Position numbers and translations under genes: made by a program
The notes under the pieces: generated by a model
What the model was told of the DNA's origin: nothing
The model's database searches: none
The model's input: the letters and a program-made list of their open reading frames with translations, nothing else
In this document: one piece after another, positions 25,495 to 39,416 of the stretch
How positions within the stretch are numbered: the stretch's first letter is position 1
Layout: each line of letters begins with the position of its first letter
Assembly: GCF_006345805.1 (NCBI RefSeq)
Contig: NC_042999.1
Span: 3,286,001-3,350,000, forward strand
DNA length: 64,000 nucleotides
Source: Octopus sinensis
Lineage: Eukaryota
Direction of reading: 5' to 3'

Positions 25495-26100
25495 GTGGTC
25501 TCACTAGCATTGGTGCCATGAAAAATGCAGGAAGGTTATTCAGCCATAGAAAATCAAATTCGATGACAGGCATCCGTGCTAGCAGGGTGCAAAGAGCACC
25601 ATACAAGTGTAATCATTGACAGAGCGGCTAACCGGCTTCTGTGCCAGTGGCACATAAAAGGCACCATTCAAGTGTGATCGTTACCAGCGTTGCCTTTCTG
25701 GCACTCAAGCCCCGTGTTAGTAGGGTGCCAAGAGCACCATCTGAGTGTGATCATTGCCAGAGCGGCTAACTGGCTTCCGTGCTGGTGGCACATAAAAGAC
25801 ACCATTCGAGCGTGATCGTTACCAGTGTCGCCTTACTGGCACCTGTGCCGGTGGCATGTGTAAAAAGATTTGAGCAAGGTCGTTGCCAGAACCGCCTGAC
25901 TGGCTCCTGTGCCAGTGGCACGTAAAAAGCACCCACTACACTCTCAGAGTGGTTGGCGTTAGGAAAGGCATCCAGCTGTAGAAACTCTGCCAGATCAAGA
26001 TTGGAGCCTGGTGCAGTTTTCTGGTTCGCCAGCCCTCAGTCAAAATCGTCCAACCCATGCTAGCATGGAAAGCGGACGTTAAACGATGATGATGATGATA
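25495..26100 (+). mobile_element. SINE family R (long 5' subrepeat array)
   Basis: Multiple gcaccat...gtgatc units, then the core and a (GAT)n tail. Confidence 0.85.
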
Positions 26101-28679
26101 TGATGAGAAACTTTGTCAATGCAGTTCTCTGGTTGGTCAGATCCAGTCTGACTGTCCAACCCATACTGGTATGAAAGATGGACATGAAATGATGATGATA
26201 ATGACAACGACAACGATAATGATAGTTGTGGTGGTGTCGGTGGTGACATATTCAGCTGACTACATCACACATACAGTAAAGTGTATTGCATTTATATATC
26301 ACTCCGAAATACAACTTTCTTTAAAGCACTTCACCGTTTCCTTTTTGAACTTCTAACAAAACATTTCTTGAACTATCAAAATATTGAACTTTCAAAATAC
26401 CATTTGGACAGCTCTATTACAAACATGTTTCTGAGATTTTCTATTAGATAAAAGATATATTTTGGCTACATTTCCAGGGTTTCTTTTAAGCTTTTCTTGT
26501 CAGATTCATAATATTGGAACCGCAGAGTTTATATGTGAGATCACCGTGTGACATTATGACAGACATTTTCCAGCATGTTTTTAACTCAAACTTCACCTTT
26601 CTTTTACAGATTCTGTTCTGGTGGAAATGTTCAGGGTATATATGTGTCAAATATTGTTTGCTAAACACAATTTTGTTAGGTGATTATGATAATATTTCTA
26701 TGTAGATTCTTCAATTCCTGTTCCAACACATTTTCTGTTTTCTTTCGATTTTCTTTCTCTATAGTATGATAAAACTGTCTATTTAATTTTCTTTTCTGTT
26801 CGGCATTGTCAGAATGGCTTTCATATTTCCCATGCAATTTACTTTACAAATAATCTCAGAAATTATGATTTTAGTTTTAAAAAAAAGACATAGTGTTATC
26901 AAATAATTTCACATCACAATGTTGAACTTTCAGACTTTTTGAACTCTAAATCTGCAATACTTTTATGATATGCGTATATATGGAGAGAGAGAGAACCATA
27001 TATATATATATATATATATCATACTTAATGTATGTACAACATTAACAGGCAAGTTATATGGTATTCTTCCATCTCTTATGGATGTGTTGCATTTAAAAAC
27101 ACAATGATTATCACAGAGAGATGAAAATCATCCCAGCAGTGGCAAGTGGAATGCCAGATGCATTTCAGTAAAGTGGGGCCGTGTACATGGTGTGTACTCA
27201 CAGCCAGCCATATTTCTAGACAAGATTGGTCACATTTGATATATATATATATATGTAGGGAACAGTGGATAAAACATTCCTTGGTATTGCAAATACCCAT
27301 TGATAAAAAAGGACCGCTGCTAGTTAAAACCTTTAGTTTTGTAAGAGACAATGTGCCCATATGTAACTTGCACATGGACATCATCTTGCATGTCAGAAAA
27401 TCCCTTTTCTGTTTTTTGATGATTCTACCTGGTCAAGAAAAAGGGTAATGCTTCATTTGATCTATCTTTGCATGCTTAAAGAAGTATGTGTTTTACATCT
27501 TTTGCATAAAGAATTCCTTTTTAAGAAATGGGTATATTTAGGGATGATATTCTTATTGTCAACCGTAACATGAACAGGCATGAGCTCAGTAAGCTAAGGA
27601 AGGATCTTATTGATTTCTTCCAGCATATAGGTAATAGATGGTGTGAATCTTTATAGTGTCAGCTTCTTAGATATCAATTTAGATTTGCAATCTAGCAACT
27701 TTAAGCTTTAATGTAAGATCAATGAAATTTATTCTATATTAATAGGTGTTCTAGTCACCCATTCTGTATTCTTAGAAACATGCTTAGTAACATAGGTAAG
27801 CACGTTTCCAACTTGTCATCAGACAAGGTGGCTTTTAACAAAGCCTCCTGATACTACAATGATGCATAAGGTAATACATATGAATATATGTACATATATA
27901 TATGTATAGTATACACACATATGTGTATATACTCACTTGCCACTCTTAAATACACCATAAATATTCCTGAGACCCTGTGACTATGAAATGCAGGTTGCCT
28001 ACTTCAATTTTGAATAATTTTAGCCATGAGAATCCTCCTGTAACATAAAGAATTGGCACATTCACCATGGGCCAATAACAGTGGATGGTCATCCTCAGAC
28101 GAAATACTCTGGTGATATACGTAGAATACAATTCAATGATATTACTAGAATATCATTCCATGATATTCTACATGTATCATCACAGTGAGGTCTCTTTTTC
28201 ATGCATCATTTGCTCCCATTTATGTAGGACCCCGGTTGTTTTAGGAGACTCCATTTAATTGTGTATGGAGTTCTTTCATTTTTATGACACCACATGTAAC
28301 TGACCAGGGACGTGGTGTAATGCCTTTGTGGAATCCTAAAAGAAGACCTCTGTCCATGGCCACTGGGGTCTGACAGACCATCTCTAAGGCTCAGTGGTTT
28401 ATGCATGCTAAACCATTTGTCACTCTATGACCAGCCATATAATTAACTTCCCATAAATATATATCTGTACATATTGAACAATGAGAATGAGTGCTCAACA
28501 CTGCGTTGGTGAGTAAAGATTCTTTATCTGTGTATTAAGGCTACCATTGGTTTCATACTAAGAAAACTCAATAATTTTTCAAGTTGATCACATAGAAAAA
28601 TTGGTGTTCATCTCCATTTGGGATTGGAGATGAACATAATTTTTCTATGTGATTGGCAGTATATATATATATATATATA

Positions 28680-29047
28680 CTAGCAGTATCACCCGGCGTT
28701 GCTCGGGTTTGTTTCGACCTGCTGGAATTGGAATTTTTGAAAAGTAAAAATTTTGCATTATGTAGCTTGTTATTCTCTTCATACACCGAAAAGTGGCGAC
28801 ACAGCAGTGAAAAAATCGTAAAAAATAGGGATTTTCATAGAAAAAAGCACCTTTTTGATGTAAATAATTTTTGGTGTTAACATGGTCCGATTTGAATTTT
28901 GTCTTCTACGGAAGGAAGAGCAACCTTTCTTCTATCATACTCTCAATTTTGGTCAACTTGCGCCGCAGAGTCTCGGAGGAGATAATGTTAGTTGAAGGCT
29001 ACGAAACCTGCCATGCACACAGACAACTTCAGCTTTATATAGAAAGA
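28680..29047 (-). mobile_element. Non-autonomous Helitron
   Basis: Minus strand reads a|TCtttctatataaagctgaagttgt ... cccgagcaacgccgggtgatactgCTAG|t: TC...CTAG ends, a subterminal hairpin and an A|T target. Confidence 0.88.
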
Positions 29048-29779
29048 TAACACACACACATTAATACACACACACACTCACACACATGTATGTATGGATG
29101 TATGTATGTATATATGTACATCTGTCCACTACTTGCCATATTTTTATCCTTCACTTCCTACACACACACACACACACACACACACATATTCATAGCTTAC
29201 AATTTCTTTCAACAATTGACAACTGAAGTACGCTCGCCAATGAATACTACCAAAAGTTAGCGACAGATCTCTGTTTCCTTTTTTTTATTTGAGGATTGGT
29301 TTAAGCATTAATAAGAGAAAGTAGCAGAATGTGTGATGTTGAATAAGAGTTGCAGAAAGAGGATATGATAGTGGTATACGCTTGCAAAGAGAAAGTAGGA
29401 GAAAGTGTGGTAATAGCAGGAGTAAAGCATTTGAAATGAGAGAGGCAAATCGTAAAATATTGAGTTTTCTCGAATGTGTTTGTGCACATGTATGTCTGTG
29501 TGTGTGTGCTTGTGCCCCATTGTTCAACAGTGAACATCTAATCAAATTACCTGCCCCTAAATTAGTGGTTGAGTATTCCACAGACACATATACCCTTAAT
29601 GTAATTCTCTGACAGAACCAACATGACACAGTGTCTGCATGACAAGGTTGTGCCTTTGCAGGTAAAATTCACCTGACAGTCTGCTATGCAGGCTCACTCC
29701 TCCCAGTTCCACCCACGAAGTATGGGTCAATCCAAAGCAAACTCCTTGACCATTTGGACATACAGTTACTATGTGTATG

Positions 29780-30420
29780 TCATCATCATCTTCATTGTTT
29801 AATGTCTGCTTTCCATGCTGGCATGGGTTGGACAGTTTGATTGAAAACTGGTAAGCCAGAGGACTGCACCAAGTTCCCATCAGATTTGGCAAGGTTTCTA
29901 TGGCTGGATACCCTTCCTAATGCCAACCATTCTAAGAGTGTAGTGGGTGGTTTTTTACATGCCATTGACCTTAACACCAATATTGGCCACAACTACAGTC
30001 TCACTTGCCTTGACAGGTCAACACAAGCATGGTATATCGCCAAGGGTCTTGGTCACCTGTCACTACCTCCGTGGGGCCCAACACTTGAATAGTGCTTTTT
30101 ACATGCCACCAGCACAAGTGCCAGTCAGATGGCACTGGCATCATCCACAATTACGATTTCACTCAGTTTGACTAATCTTCACAAGCACAGCATATCACCC
30201 TACGATTGAAGGGTGCTTTTAACGGGCCGGTTTTGCAACACTGGTGTCAGGCATGACTACAATATCACTCAGCTTGACGTCACTACCTGCATGAGGCCCA
30301 ACACACAAATGGTGCTTTTTATGTACTGCTGGTATGGGTGCCAGTCAGATGGCACAGGCATCAGTCACAACCACAATTTCACTCAGTCTGATAGGGCTTC
30401 ACAAGCACAGCATATCGCAC
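29780..30420 (-). mobile_element. SINE family R (diverged)
   Basis: catcatc..tttaatgtctgctttccatgctggcatggg...cccttcctaatgccaacc plus subrepeats. Confidence 0.75.
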
Positions 30421-31197
30421 AATGATTGTGTAGAGTAATTTTCTTTTTATTTTGATTCATTAATATTTCAGCCAAGATTGAATCAAATATTTCTTCTGAT
30501 TAGTGAGTGGGAAGCATATTGAACAGAATCCATTTTGTGTTTTCCGTTTGTGATTTTGTCGTTTGGATTTGCTGTCTTTCTACCCTTCCATTTTTTTTAT
30601 TTGAAATACTCATTAGTGTTTGAAACAAATTTGAATTCACCCGATAATTGTCATTAATAGCAGAGTTCATTACAATCACTGCTGGCTGAAGTAGCTTTCA
30701 TTCTGTTTACATCTGAGCAACAAAAATTCATATCACTGTCCATAATTACTTACGGACACACCATTGTTGAATGCTTAAGAAGTTGATTTCACAACCATGA
30801 GTTCCAGGTTCAACTCCACCACACAAATTTATATGGTATTATGGGCAATTGTCTTTTACCATTCTTGTGGGGAAACTGAAGCCTTGTGAATGAAACTGGG
30901 GAGGCAGAAGGCACTAATTCTGTGAAATACTCAACAACTTGGACAGTATATTGGGGGACAGAAACTAAAACGGACAATTGTGTGTGTTCTTGTGTTGATA
31001 TCATACACTAACTGTAAGCATATTTCAGCATTAAAGAAGCAGTAACATTGATCTGCAGTCCTCTGTGAAAACATGTCCAGCCTTGAGGGAAAATATTGTT
31101 TTGTTTGGAAACAGCTGAGGGTTGGCAACAGGATGAGCACCCAGCTGTGGAAAATCTGCCTCAACAAAACTCAAACCCTTGCAAGCATGGTAATGTA

Positions 31198-31612
31198 AGC
31201 GGCGAGCTGACAGAAACGTTAGCATGCCGGGTGAAATGTTAAGCGGTATTTCGTCTGCCGCTACATTCTGAGTTCAAATTCCGCCAAGATCGACTTTGCT
31301 TTTCATCCTTTCAGGGTCAATTAAATAAGTACCAGTGACACACTGAGGTCAATGTAATCAACTTAATCCATTTGTCTGTCCTTGTTTGTCCCTTCTGTGT
31401 TTAGCTCCTTGTGGGTAGTAAAGAAATAGGTATTTCATCTGCGGTTACGTTCTGAGTTCAAATTCCGCCAAGGTCGACTTTGCCTTTCATCCTTTCGGGG
31501 TCGATAAATTAAATACCAGTTACGCACTGGGGTCGATGTAATCGACTTAATCCGTTTGTCTGTCCTTGTTTGTCCCCTCTGTGTTTAGCCCCTTGTGGCT
31601 AGTAAAGAAATA
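31198..31612 (+). mobile_element. SINE B dimer (second unit lacks the head)
   Basis: Junction aaagaaataggtatttc at about 31420-31437. Flanking ggtaatg at 31189 and 31613. Confidence 0.88.
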
Positions 31613-31929
31613 GGTAATGCAGATGTTAAAACAATGATGATGAGAATGGTAACAATGGCATTGACGATGATAATATTAATTGCTTTCCAAACAATAAGAT
31701 TATAATTACATAAACAAATGAACAAAATTTATTAATTAGTTCGTAAATATTGATAATTGTACAAAGAATTATTACTGCCAACATCATCCTGATTACCATT
31801 ATTCATTTTGTTCTCTTATTTCCATGTTGAAATGTCTTGGCAAGACACCCACTTTACCATTCTCCTTAGACTTGCACCATCTTTCTTATAAGTCTTAACT
31901 CTCTTTCAGATTTAATCACACCATTTCTT

Positions 31930-32205
31930 CCCTTGTCTTTTTGTCTCTCATTTTTATCCCCCCCCCCCTCATCTAATGGCTATTTCATCAGTAAACGATA
32001 TCACTGCATAACAAATCTATATGGAGACAATTACAACTCCCTTTTATTACTGTTCTTTCTTACAGCGTTTCCCATGTCTCTTTGTCTCTCATTTTTACCC
32101 CAATCATCTCACAGACATTTCATCAGTAACTGATATCACGGCATAACGAATTTGTGTAAAGGCTATTACAACTAGCTTTTATTACCGTTCTCTCTTAGTA
32201 CATTC
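31930..32205 (+). repeat. Diverged roughly 140 bp tandem duplication
   Basis: tttgtctctcattttta...atttcatcagtaa..gatatcac.gcataac.aat...attacaact...ttttattac.gttct occurs twice. Confidence 0.85.
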
Positions 32206-32973
32206 CAGAAAGAAAGAAAGAGAGATGTTTTAGGACCGCATCAAGGAAATAGAGACCATAAATATTTGTCAGAAGAAATCCTTCCCACGTTTATTTATTT
32301 CTAAAGAAAACCGGTTAACAAAAAACAAACGAAAATAATCAAACGACAGAGATCCAAATGAAAAGTAAGCACAAATGAAAGCCCACCTTCACAACGACCA
32401 GAAAGAAAAAAGACAATTCATTTGAAATATATATAAAAAAAAAATATACTTTCACTACAACTAAGAATAAATAAAAATACTGATTCCACAGACTCGCCTC
32501 ACCATCCAAACAAGAACAATGCCTTCATAAACAACAAAAGCGAAAAACAAAAATCCCATTGCAAATACATGATAGATAAAAATGGTAAAGAAACATGAAG
32601 AAAATATCTGTTTATTTTCTCATACGTATAATTGAAATCCCTAGCAGCAAATGTTGAGAAGCTAGATAATTTCTTGCAATACATTCCTCAACAATATACA
32701 ATTTGATTATGTCCTTCATCATATTCTTTGCTGCCGCATTTATCAAAAAATCAAAAAAAAAAAAAGAAAGAAATTAAAATAAAGGGCTGTGTTTTTTTTT
32801 TTGTATTTCTTTTGCTAACATATGTATGTTTCCTTCCTTTTTCTGTAATCTCATTACTATATGGCTCTATCAACAAGCAATTGAAGAAGGTGAAACAAAA
32901 CGAAAAAAATATATATATACATGCACAAAGGCACATATACAACCCGTACACATGCAGTCATACAAGCATTCAC

Positions 32974-33014
<41 letters not shown>

Positions 33015-33312
33015 CATAATAATAATAACAACAACAATAATAATAATAATAATAATAATAATAACCATAATAATAATAACAATAATAATAATAATAATAA
33101 CCATAATAATAAAAATAATAACAATAATAATAATAATAATAATAGTAATAACAACCATAATGATAACAATAATAACAACCATAATAATAATAATGATAAT
33201 AATAACAATAATAATAATAATAACAACCATAATAATAATAATAATAACAACCATAATAACAACCATAATAATAATAATAATAATAACCATAATAATAATA
33301 ATAATAACAACC

Positions 33313-33344
<32 letters not shown>

Positions 33345-33618
33345 AATAATAATAATAATAATAATAATAACAACCATAATAATAATAATAATAATAATAA
33401 TAACCATAATAATAATAATAATAACAACCATAATAATAATAATAACAACCATAATAATAATAAAAACCATAATAATAAAAATTAGAACCATAATAATAAT
33501 AATAATAATAACAACCATAATAATAATAATAATAATAATAACCATAATAATAATAATAATAATAACCATAATAATAATAATAATAACAACCATAATAATA
33601 AAAATTAGAACCATAATG

Positions 33619-33649
<31 letters not shown>

Positions 33650-33692
33650 CCATAAGAATAATAATAAAGATAAGAATAATAATGATAATGAT
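32974..33692. repeat. Roughly 720 bp (AAT)n tract with periodic AAC/CAT interruptions
   Basis: Recurring unit (aat)3-12 followed by aac(aac)cat. Confidence 0.95.
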
Positions 33693-34343
33693 AAAATTAC
33701 AAAAGACACAACAATACTTTTTATTAGAATTTAGACGGTAAGTAATGTTCTCTTGAAAATTTATTTGTGAAGGCAAACATCTGCCAGGAATATGAAATGG
33801 AGAACAATATAAACTAATGCAAATCTAACAAAGAAAAGCCTACGTAAAAAAAAAATTGGATGAATGAAAAAGAGGTTTACCAGTAAATATACTAATCAAA
33901 TGGTTTGTATGTCTACCTGCATAAATATATTCATGTTTCTTTGAATAACCGAAACTAAATAAAAGCCGTAACGTGGTTGCTGAAATCCTCCGATTTACGC
34001 TTGCCGTTACTGGGTTGTAATAGTTTCGAGTAAGCTTGGGTTTTAATGCTACGGTTTCAAGTTGATAGCAGAGCAGACAATGGATTTTTAAAAGAAAGAG
34101 AAAATTATTAGAGAAAACAGCTGAGTTATGGCAAGAAGAAGATTCCGGAATCTATTCCATTCATTGTCAATTTTGTGTTAAACAAGTGATTGCTTATGTG
34201 GTTTCTCCTGGATTTTTGTAACCAAGCTGGAGATTATATAAGATCGTGATACCATAGTTCTGCATATATTCAGGAACACTTCGTAACCATTCACAAGACT
34301 TTACTCAACATTAATTATCACTGAATGGGATATACATTTATTC

Positions 34344-34752
34344 TTTTACTTGTTTCAGTCATTTGACTGGCCATACTGGAGCACCACTTCTAGTCAAGCA
34401 AATCGACCCCAGGACTTATTCTTTGTAAGCCTAGTACTTATTCTATCGGTCCCTTTTGCCGAACTGCTAGGTTATGGGGACATAAACACACCAGCATTAG
34501 TTGTCAAGCAATGGAGGGGGGGGACAGGCACACACACACACACACAAACATATACACACACACACATACATGTAGATATACATATATATGATGGCCTTCT
34601 TTCAGTTTCCATCTACCCAATCCACTCACAAGGCTTTGGTCAGCCCGAGGCTATCGTAGAAGACACTTGCCCAAGGTGCCATGCAGTGGGACTGAACCTG
34701 GAACCATGTGGTTGGTAAGCAAGCTACTTACCACACAGCCACTCGTATGCCT
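34344..34752 (-). mobile_element. SINE family A
   Basis: ttacttgtttcagtcatttgact...ccacacagccactc. Confidence 0.85.
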
Positions 34753-35149
34753 ATATATATTTATATATATATATATATATATATTCTAAACTCATTCAGG
34801 ATCTGGTGAGTACAAGTAAGACTATGCCTAGCTGAAAAGGTTTCATAACACTGAAACATGTCTGGAGTTATATCATCATTCCATACTAGCATGGGTTGGA
34901 CAGTTTGACTGAGGTCTGGAGAGTCAGTGCCTGCACCAGTCTCCAATCTGGCAATGTCTCTACAGCTGGATGCTCTTCCTAACGCCAACCACTCCAAGAG
35001 TGTTGTGGGTGCTTTTTACATGCTACTGGCACAGGAGCCAGTCAGGTGGGCCTGGCACCGACCACGTTCGGAGAGTGCTTTTTACATGCCACCAGCACGG
35101 GAGCCAGTCAGGGGGAACTGGCTAGAGCTAATAATTGTTTCATATTTTG

Positions 35150-35550
35150 GCACAAAGCCAGCAAGGGAAGGTGGGTAAATTGATTACATTAACCCCTGTA
35201 TATAACTGGTACAGTTTTATTGACCCCAATTGGGTGAAAAGCAAAATCTTAATTAAAGAGCCCAAAATGCTGCCAAGCATTTTCTTTGAGATGCTAACCA
35301 TTCTGCCAGCTCACCAATTTCATAATAATAATAATGGTTTCAAATTTTGCCACAAGGGCAGCAAGTTTTTTTGGGGTGGGGGAGTTGACTAGATTGACTC
35401 CAGTTTCCATCTGGCACTTATTTTATCGACCCCCGAAAGGATGAGAGGCAAAGTCAACGTTGGAAGAATTTAAACTCAGAATGTAAGGACAGACAAAATG
35501 CCACTAAGCATTTTGCCTAGCGTGCTAATAATTCTGCCAGCTTGCTTCAT
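35150..35550 (-). mobile_element. Two SINE B short-tail copies (diverged)
   Basis: tttatcgacccccgaaaggatgagaggcaaagtcaac...ttctgccagct. Confidence 0.72.
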
Positions 35551-35587
35551 TAATAATAATAATAAGGATAATAATAATAATGACAAG

Positions 35588-35923
35588 TGAAGGCGCATGG
35601 CTCATTGGTTAGAGCGTCAAGCTTACAATCGTGAGGTTGTGACTTCAAATCCCTGACTGGGCTGCATGTTGTGTTCTTGAGCAAGACACTTTATTTCACA
35701 TTGCTCCTGTTAACTCAGCTGTAGAAATGAGTTGCAGCATCACTGGTGCCAAGCTGTATCGGCCCCTTTGCCTTTCCCTTGGATAACACTGGTGGCGTGG
35801 AGAGGGGAGGCCGGTATGCATGGGCGACTGCTGGTCTTCGATAAGCAACACTGCCCAGACCTCTGCCTGGGAGGGTAACTTTCTAGGTGCAATCCCGCAG
35901 TCAGTCATGACCTAAGAGGGTTT
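35588..35923 (+). mobile_element. SINE family D
   Basis: gaaggcgcatggctcattggttagagcg...gttcttgagcaagacactttatttcac. Near-identical to 36802-37140. Confidence 0.85.
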
Positions 35924-35924
35924 C

Positions 35925-36200
35925 AATATGACAGGTTAAGCAGTTGTGGTCAATGGAAAAGGTGGTAGTAGTACAAGTGATTGTCAGAGCCCTGGGAACA
36001 GTGAGTAAACATCTTGAAGTGCATGAAACAAATAGGGGATGAAAATAAGGGTGGAGCACTAGCAGAAACCAGCACTGCTTGGAGCTGCTCGAATTCTCCG
36101 GATGGTGCTCGAAAAATAAGGGATGTTACCTTAGTTCACTGGAAGGGAACAGCTGGCACCATAGTACATCTCCGGCGATGGAAGCTGTGCAAACACAATA
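35925..36200 (+). mobile_element. 5'-truncated, decayed R4/Dong-like LINE 3' end (second lineage)
   Basis: Translation LWSMEKVVVVQVIVRALGTVSKHL...ALLGAARILRMVLEK* parallels MWHLKAVTIPVIVGALGMIKK...VLTGTSHVLRRAL of the full element. It is followed directly by (AAT)n at 36201-36261. Confidence 0.8.
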
Positions 36201-36261
<61 letters not shown>

Positions 36262-36592
36262 TAGGGCTCAGGTGCACTACAGTTCATAAGAAAAATAATA
36301 GAAGAGGGAACAGAAAGAAGAGTTAGTCAAGTGGAAAAGGTCAGCAATGGAAGGTAGAAGATGCATAAAACAAGAATAAAATACAAAAAGACAGAAAAGT
36401 GAACATTAAAAGAGTTATGAAGAAGAAAGGGTGCATAGACATGTCAGAAGTTGTGTTGGGGAATTTTGGGAAACATGGAATTTTTGAAAGATGCACTGTC
36501 CTGACAGCTAACAAATGATGCAGGTTGTTTATTCCATGCTTTGATAATTTTGTGCATGAGAAAGTGTTTCCAAAAGTCATGAGTGCTGTGTT
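36262..36592 (-). mobile_element. Decayed CR1-clade 3' fragment related to 13585-13960
   Basis: Shares gctcaggtgcac, catggaa...gatgca.tg, ttccatgctt and aaagtcatg blocks with the 13.6 kb copy. It ends next to (AAT)n. Confidence 0.7.
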
Positions 36593-36610
36593 TTTTTTTT
36601 TTTTTACATA

Positions 36611-37151
36611 TAGGCGTAGGAGTGGCTGTGTAGGAGAAGCTTGCTTTTCAACCACATAGTTCCTGGTTCAGTCCTACTGTGTGGCACCTTGGGCAAGATT
36701 CTTCTATTCTACTATTGTCTCAGGTCGACCAAAGCCTTATGAATTGATTTGATAGATGGAAACTGAAAGAAGCCTGTTATATATATATATATATGTTTGT
36801 GTGAAGGCACATGGCTCGGTGGTTAGAGCGTTGAGCTTACGATCGTGAGGTTGTGAGTTCGAATCTTGGCCCAGTCTGCATGTTGTGTTCTTGAGCAAGA
36901 CACTTTATTTCACGTTGCTCCAGTTCACTCAGCTGTAGAAACGAGTTGCGATGTCACAGGTGCCAAGCTGTATCGGCCCTTGCCTTTCCCTTGGATAACA
37001 CTGGTGGCATGGAGAGGGGAGTCCGGTATGCATGGGCGACTACTGGTCTTCCGTAAACAAACTTGCCCGGACTTGTGTCTGCTGGGAGGGTAACTTCCTA
37101 GGTGCAATCCCATGGTCAGCCATGACCGAAGTGGGGTCTCAGCATATATAC

Positions 37152-37193
<42 letters not shown>

Positions 37194-37412
37194 ATGTATG
37201 TGTGTGTCTTTGTCTGTGTTTGTCCCTACCACTGCTTGACAACTGGTGTTAGTGTGTTTACATCCCTGTAATTTAGCAGTACAGCAAAAAGAGACTGGTA
37301 GAAGAAATGTGAGGCTTAAAAAAGGAAAAGTCTTGGGGTCGATTTGTTCAAGTAAAACCCTTCAAGGTGGTGCCCCAGCATGGCCGCAGGCAAATGACTG
37401 AAACAAGTAAGA
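36611..37412 (+). mobile_element. SINE A with SINE D nested in its internal microsatellite (about 36802-37140)
   Basis: A head at 36612, D head gaaggcacatggctcggtggttagagcg at 36803, and A resumes after (TA)n near 37200. Confidence 0.85.
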
Positions 37413-37485
37413 AAAATATATATAAGAACCTATTTTTTTTTAAAGTTTTGTTCTAAAGAGCATCCCTGTAATGAGAAAGGCAGTT

Positions 37486-37735
37486 CATCATCATCATCAT
37501 CATCGTTTAACGTCCGTTCTCCATGCTAGCATGGGTTGGACGGTTCAACCGGGGATCTGGGAACCCAGGAGGCTGCACCAGACTCCAGTCTTTTCTGGCA
37601 ATGTTTCTACAGCTAGATGCCCTTCCTAATGCCAACCACTCCGTGAGTGTAGTGGGTGCTTTTTACGTGCCCGGCGAGGCTGGCAACGGCCACGATCGGA
37701 TTGGTGCATTTTATGTCCCACCGGCACGGAAGCCA
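37486..37735 (-). mobile_element. SINE family R
   Basis: (CAT)n gtttaacgtccg...cccttcctaatgccaaccactccgtgagtgtagtgggtgc. Confidence 0.85.
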
Positions 37736-38579
37736 AATGCATAAAAGAGAAATATGAAATAGTAATAATATCAATAATCATTTTATTGCTTATCAAGAGA
37801 ATGAAGAGCCTTGGGGAATAGTGAGAGGAAGGGAGAAAGTGACCCTCAGGATCAGAGACCTTGCTCGAATCCTTTTATCAAAGTGATCTTCCCTAAGTAC
37901 AACCATCAGCCAGGCAATGCTGTTAGGTAATGGATTAAGTTAACCAGTGAACCTCTTAACCAGACAGTTATGCCTACATCCATAGTATTTCATTGAATTA
38001 GGAAATATTTAATCTTTTAAGCAGGGACTTTAATATGTTAAGTAATTCACCCATATGAAATGTTCAATTATAAAACATCTGTCTTTGCTGATTTAATTTA
38101 TTGGTTCTTTCAGCTTACGAGTGATACATATACTTGGCTATTCACTTTATATTGTGAATTATCTTTAGAGCATAGAAATTACACTGCTTCTAACACAGTT
38201 CTTGAACAATCAAGATCTAATATTTGGTTGTCACTGCAACAGTTAATTCAATCTATGATCTGTTTAACAGCCTTCTAAAACTTTAGGCTTACAAATAAGA
38301 TTGATAAAATATCTTTAGAGTGATGTGGATAGGGAGTATAGTTTGTAACTATATGGTCTCAAGTTCTATTTCGTTGTGTCGTACCCTGGGCAAGAGTTTT
38401 TATTATACCGCTCTGTACCAACTAAAACCTTCTGAATGGAATTGCATAGGAGAAACTGTGTGAAATCTCAGTATGTATAACTATCATATTTTGCTGCTTG
38501 GTAGTCATTAAATAGTGGAAGATGCAACCTGATTTTGAAATGTAATTGTAGGAAAAAATTTTTTATAATTATCAAAGTA

Positions 38580-38968
38580 AGGTGTAGGAGTGGCTGTGTG
38601 GTAAGTAGCTTGCTTACCAACCACATGGTTCCGGGTTCAGTCCCACTGCGTGGCACCTTGGGCAACTGTTTTCTACTATAGCTTCGCGCCGACCAAAGCC
38701 TTGTGAGTGGATTTGGTAGACAGAAACAGAAAGAAGCGCGTCGTATATATATGTACGTGTGTGTATATGTTTGTGTGTCTGTCCCCCCAACATCGCTTGA
38801 CAAACGATGCTGGTGTTTACGTCCCCATAACTTAGCAGTTCAGCAAAAGAAACTGATAGAATATGTACTAGGCTTACGAAGAATAAGTCCTAGGATCGAT
38901 TTGCTTGACTCAAAGGCAGTGCTCCAGCATGGCCGCAGTCAAATGACTGAAGCAAGTAGAAGAGTAAA
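38580..38968 (+). mobile_element. SINE family A
   Basis: Full head-to-tail match to the other A copies. Confidence 0.88.
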
Positions 38969-39122
38969 GTCCCAACCAGATAATCATACACATCAGAGAG
39001 CCAGGGATTGAACTTACTACCTCCCAATCACAAACCAATAACCCTAACAATTACTTTGACCATGTGACTTCAAAGTAGACGCTTAATGGTTATTATTTCA
39101 TTAATGTCTTTAGATTCCTTTA

Positions 39123-39162
<40 letters not shown>

Positions 39163-39185
39163 CATTATTATTATTATTATCATCA

Positions 39186-39237
<52 letters not shown>

Positions 39238-39416
39238 TTTTTTTTTTCTTCTTTCAAATTTTCTTCCATTTCTTGCCGAGTGTCTTCCCGACTCCTAGGG
39301 CAAAGAAACTCATAGTGTATATTGGTAGGCCATTAAACCAAACTCAGTAGTTCATTCATTTTTTTTTTTTTTTTTTTTTTTAAAGTTAAATTAAAATGCA
39401 TGAGCAGCAACAGTTC

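Noticed and set aside
32728-33776. Poly-Ile, poly-Asn and poly-Leu ORFs of 192-337 aa
   Set aside because: These are translations of the (AAT)n tract. The poly-Asn frame has internal TAG stops and no domain.
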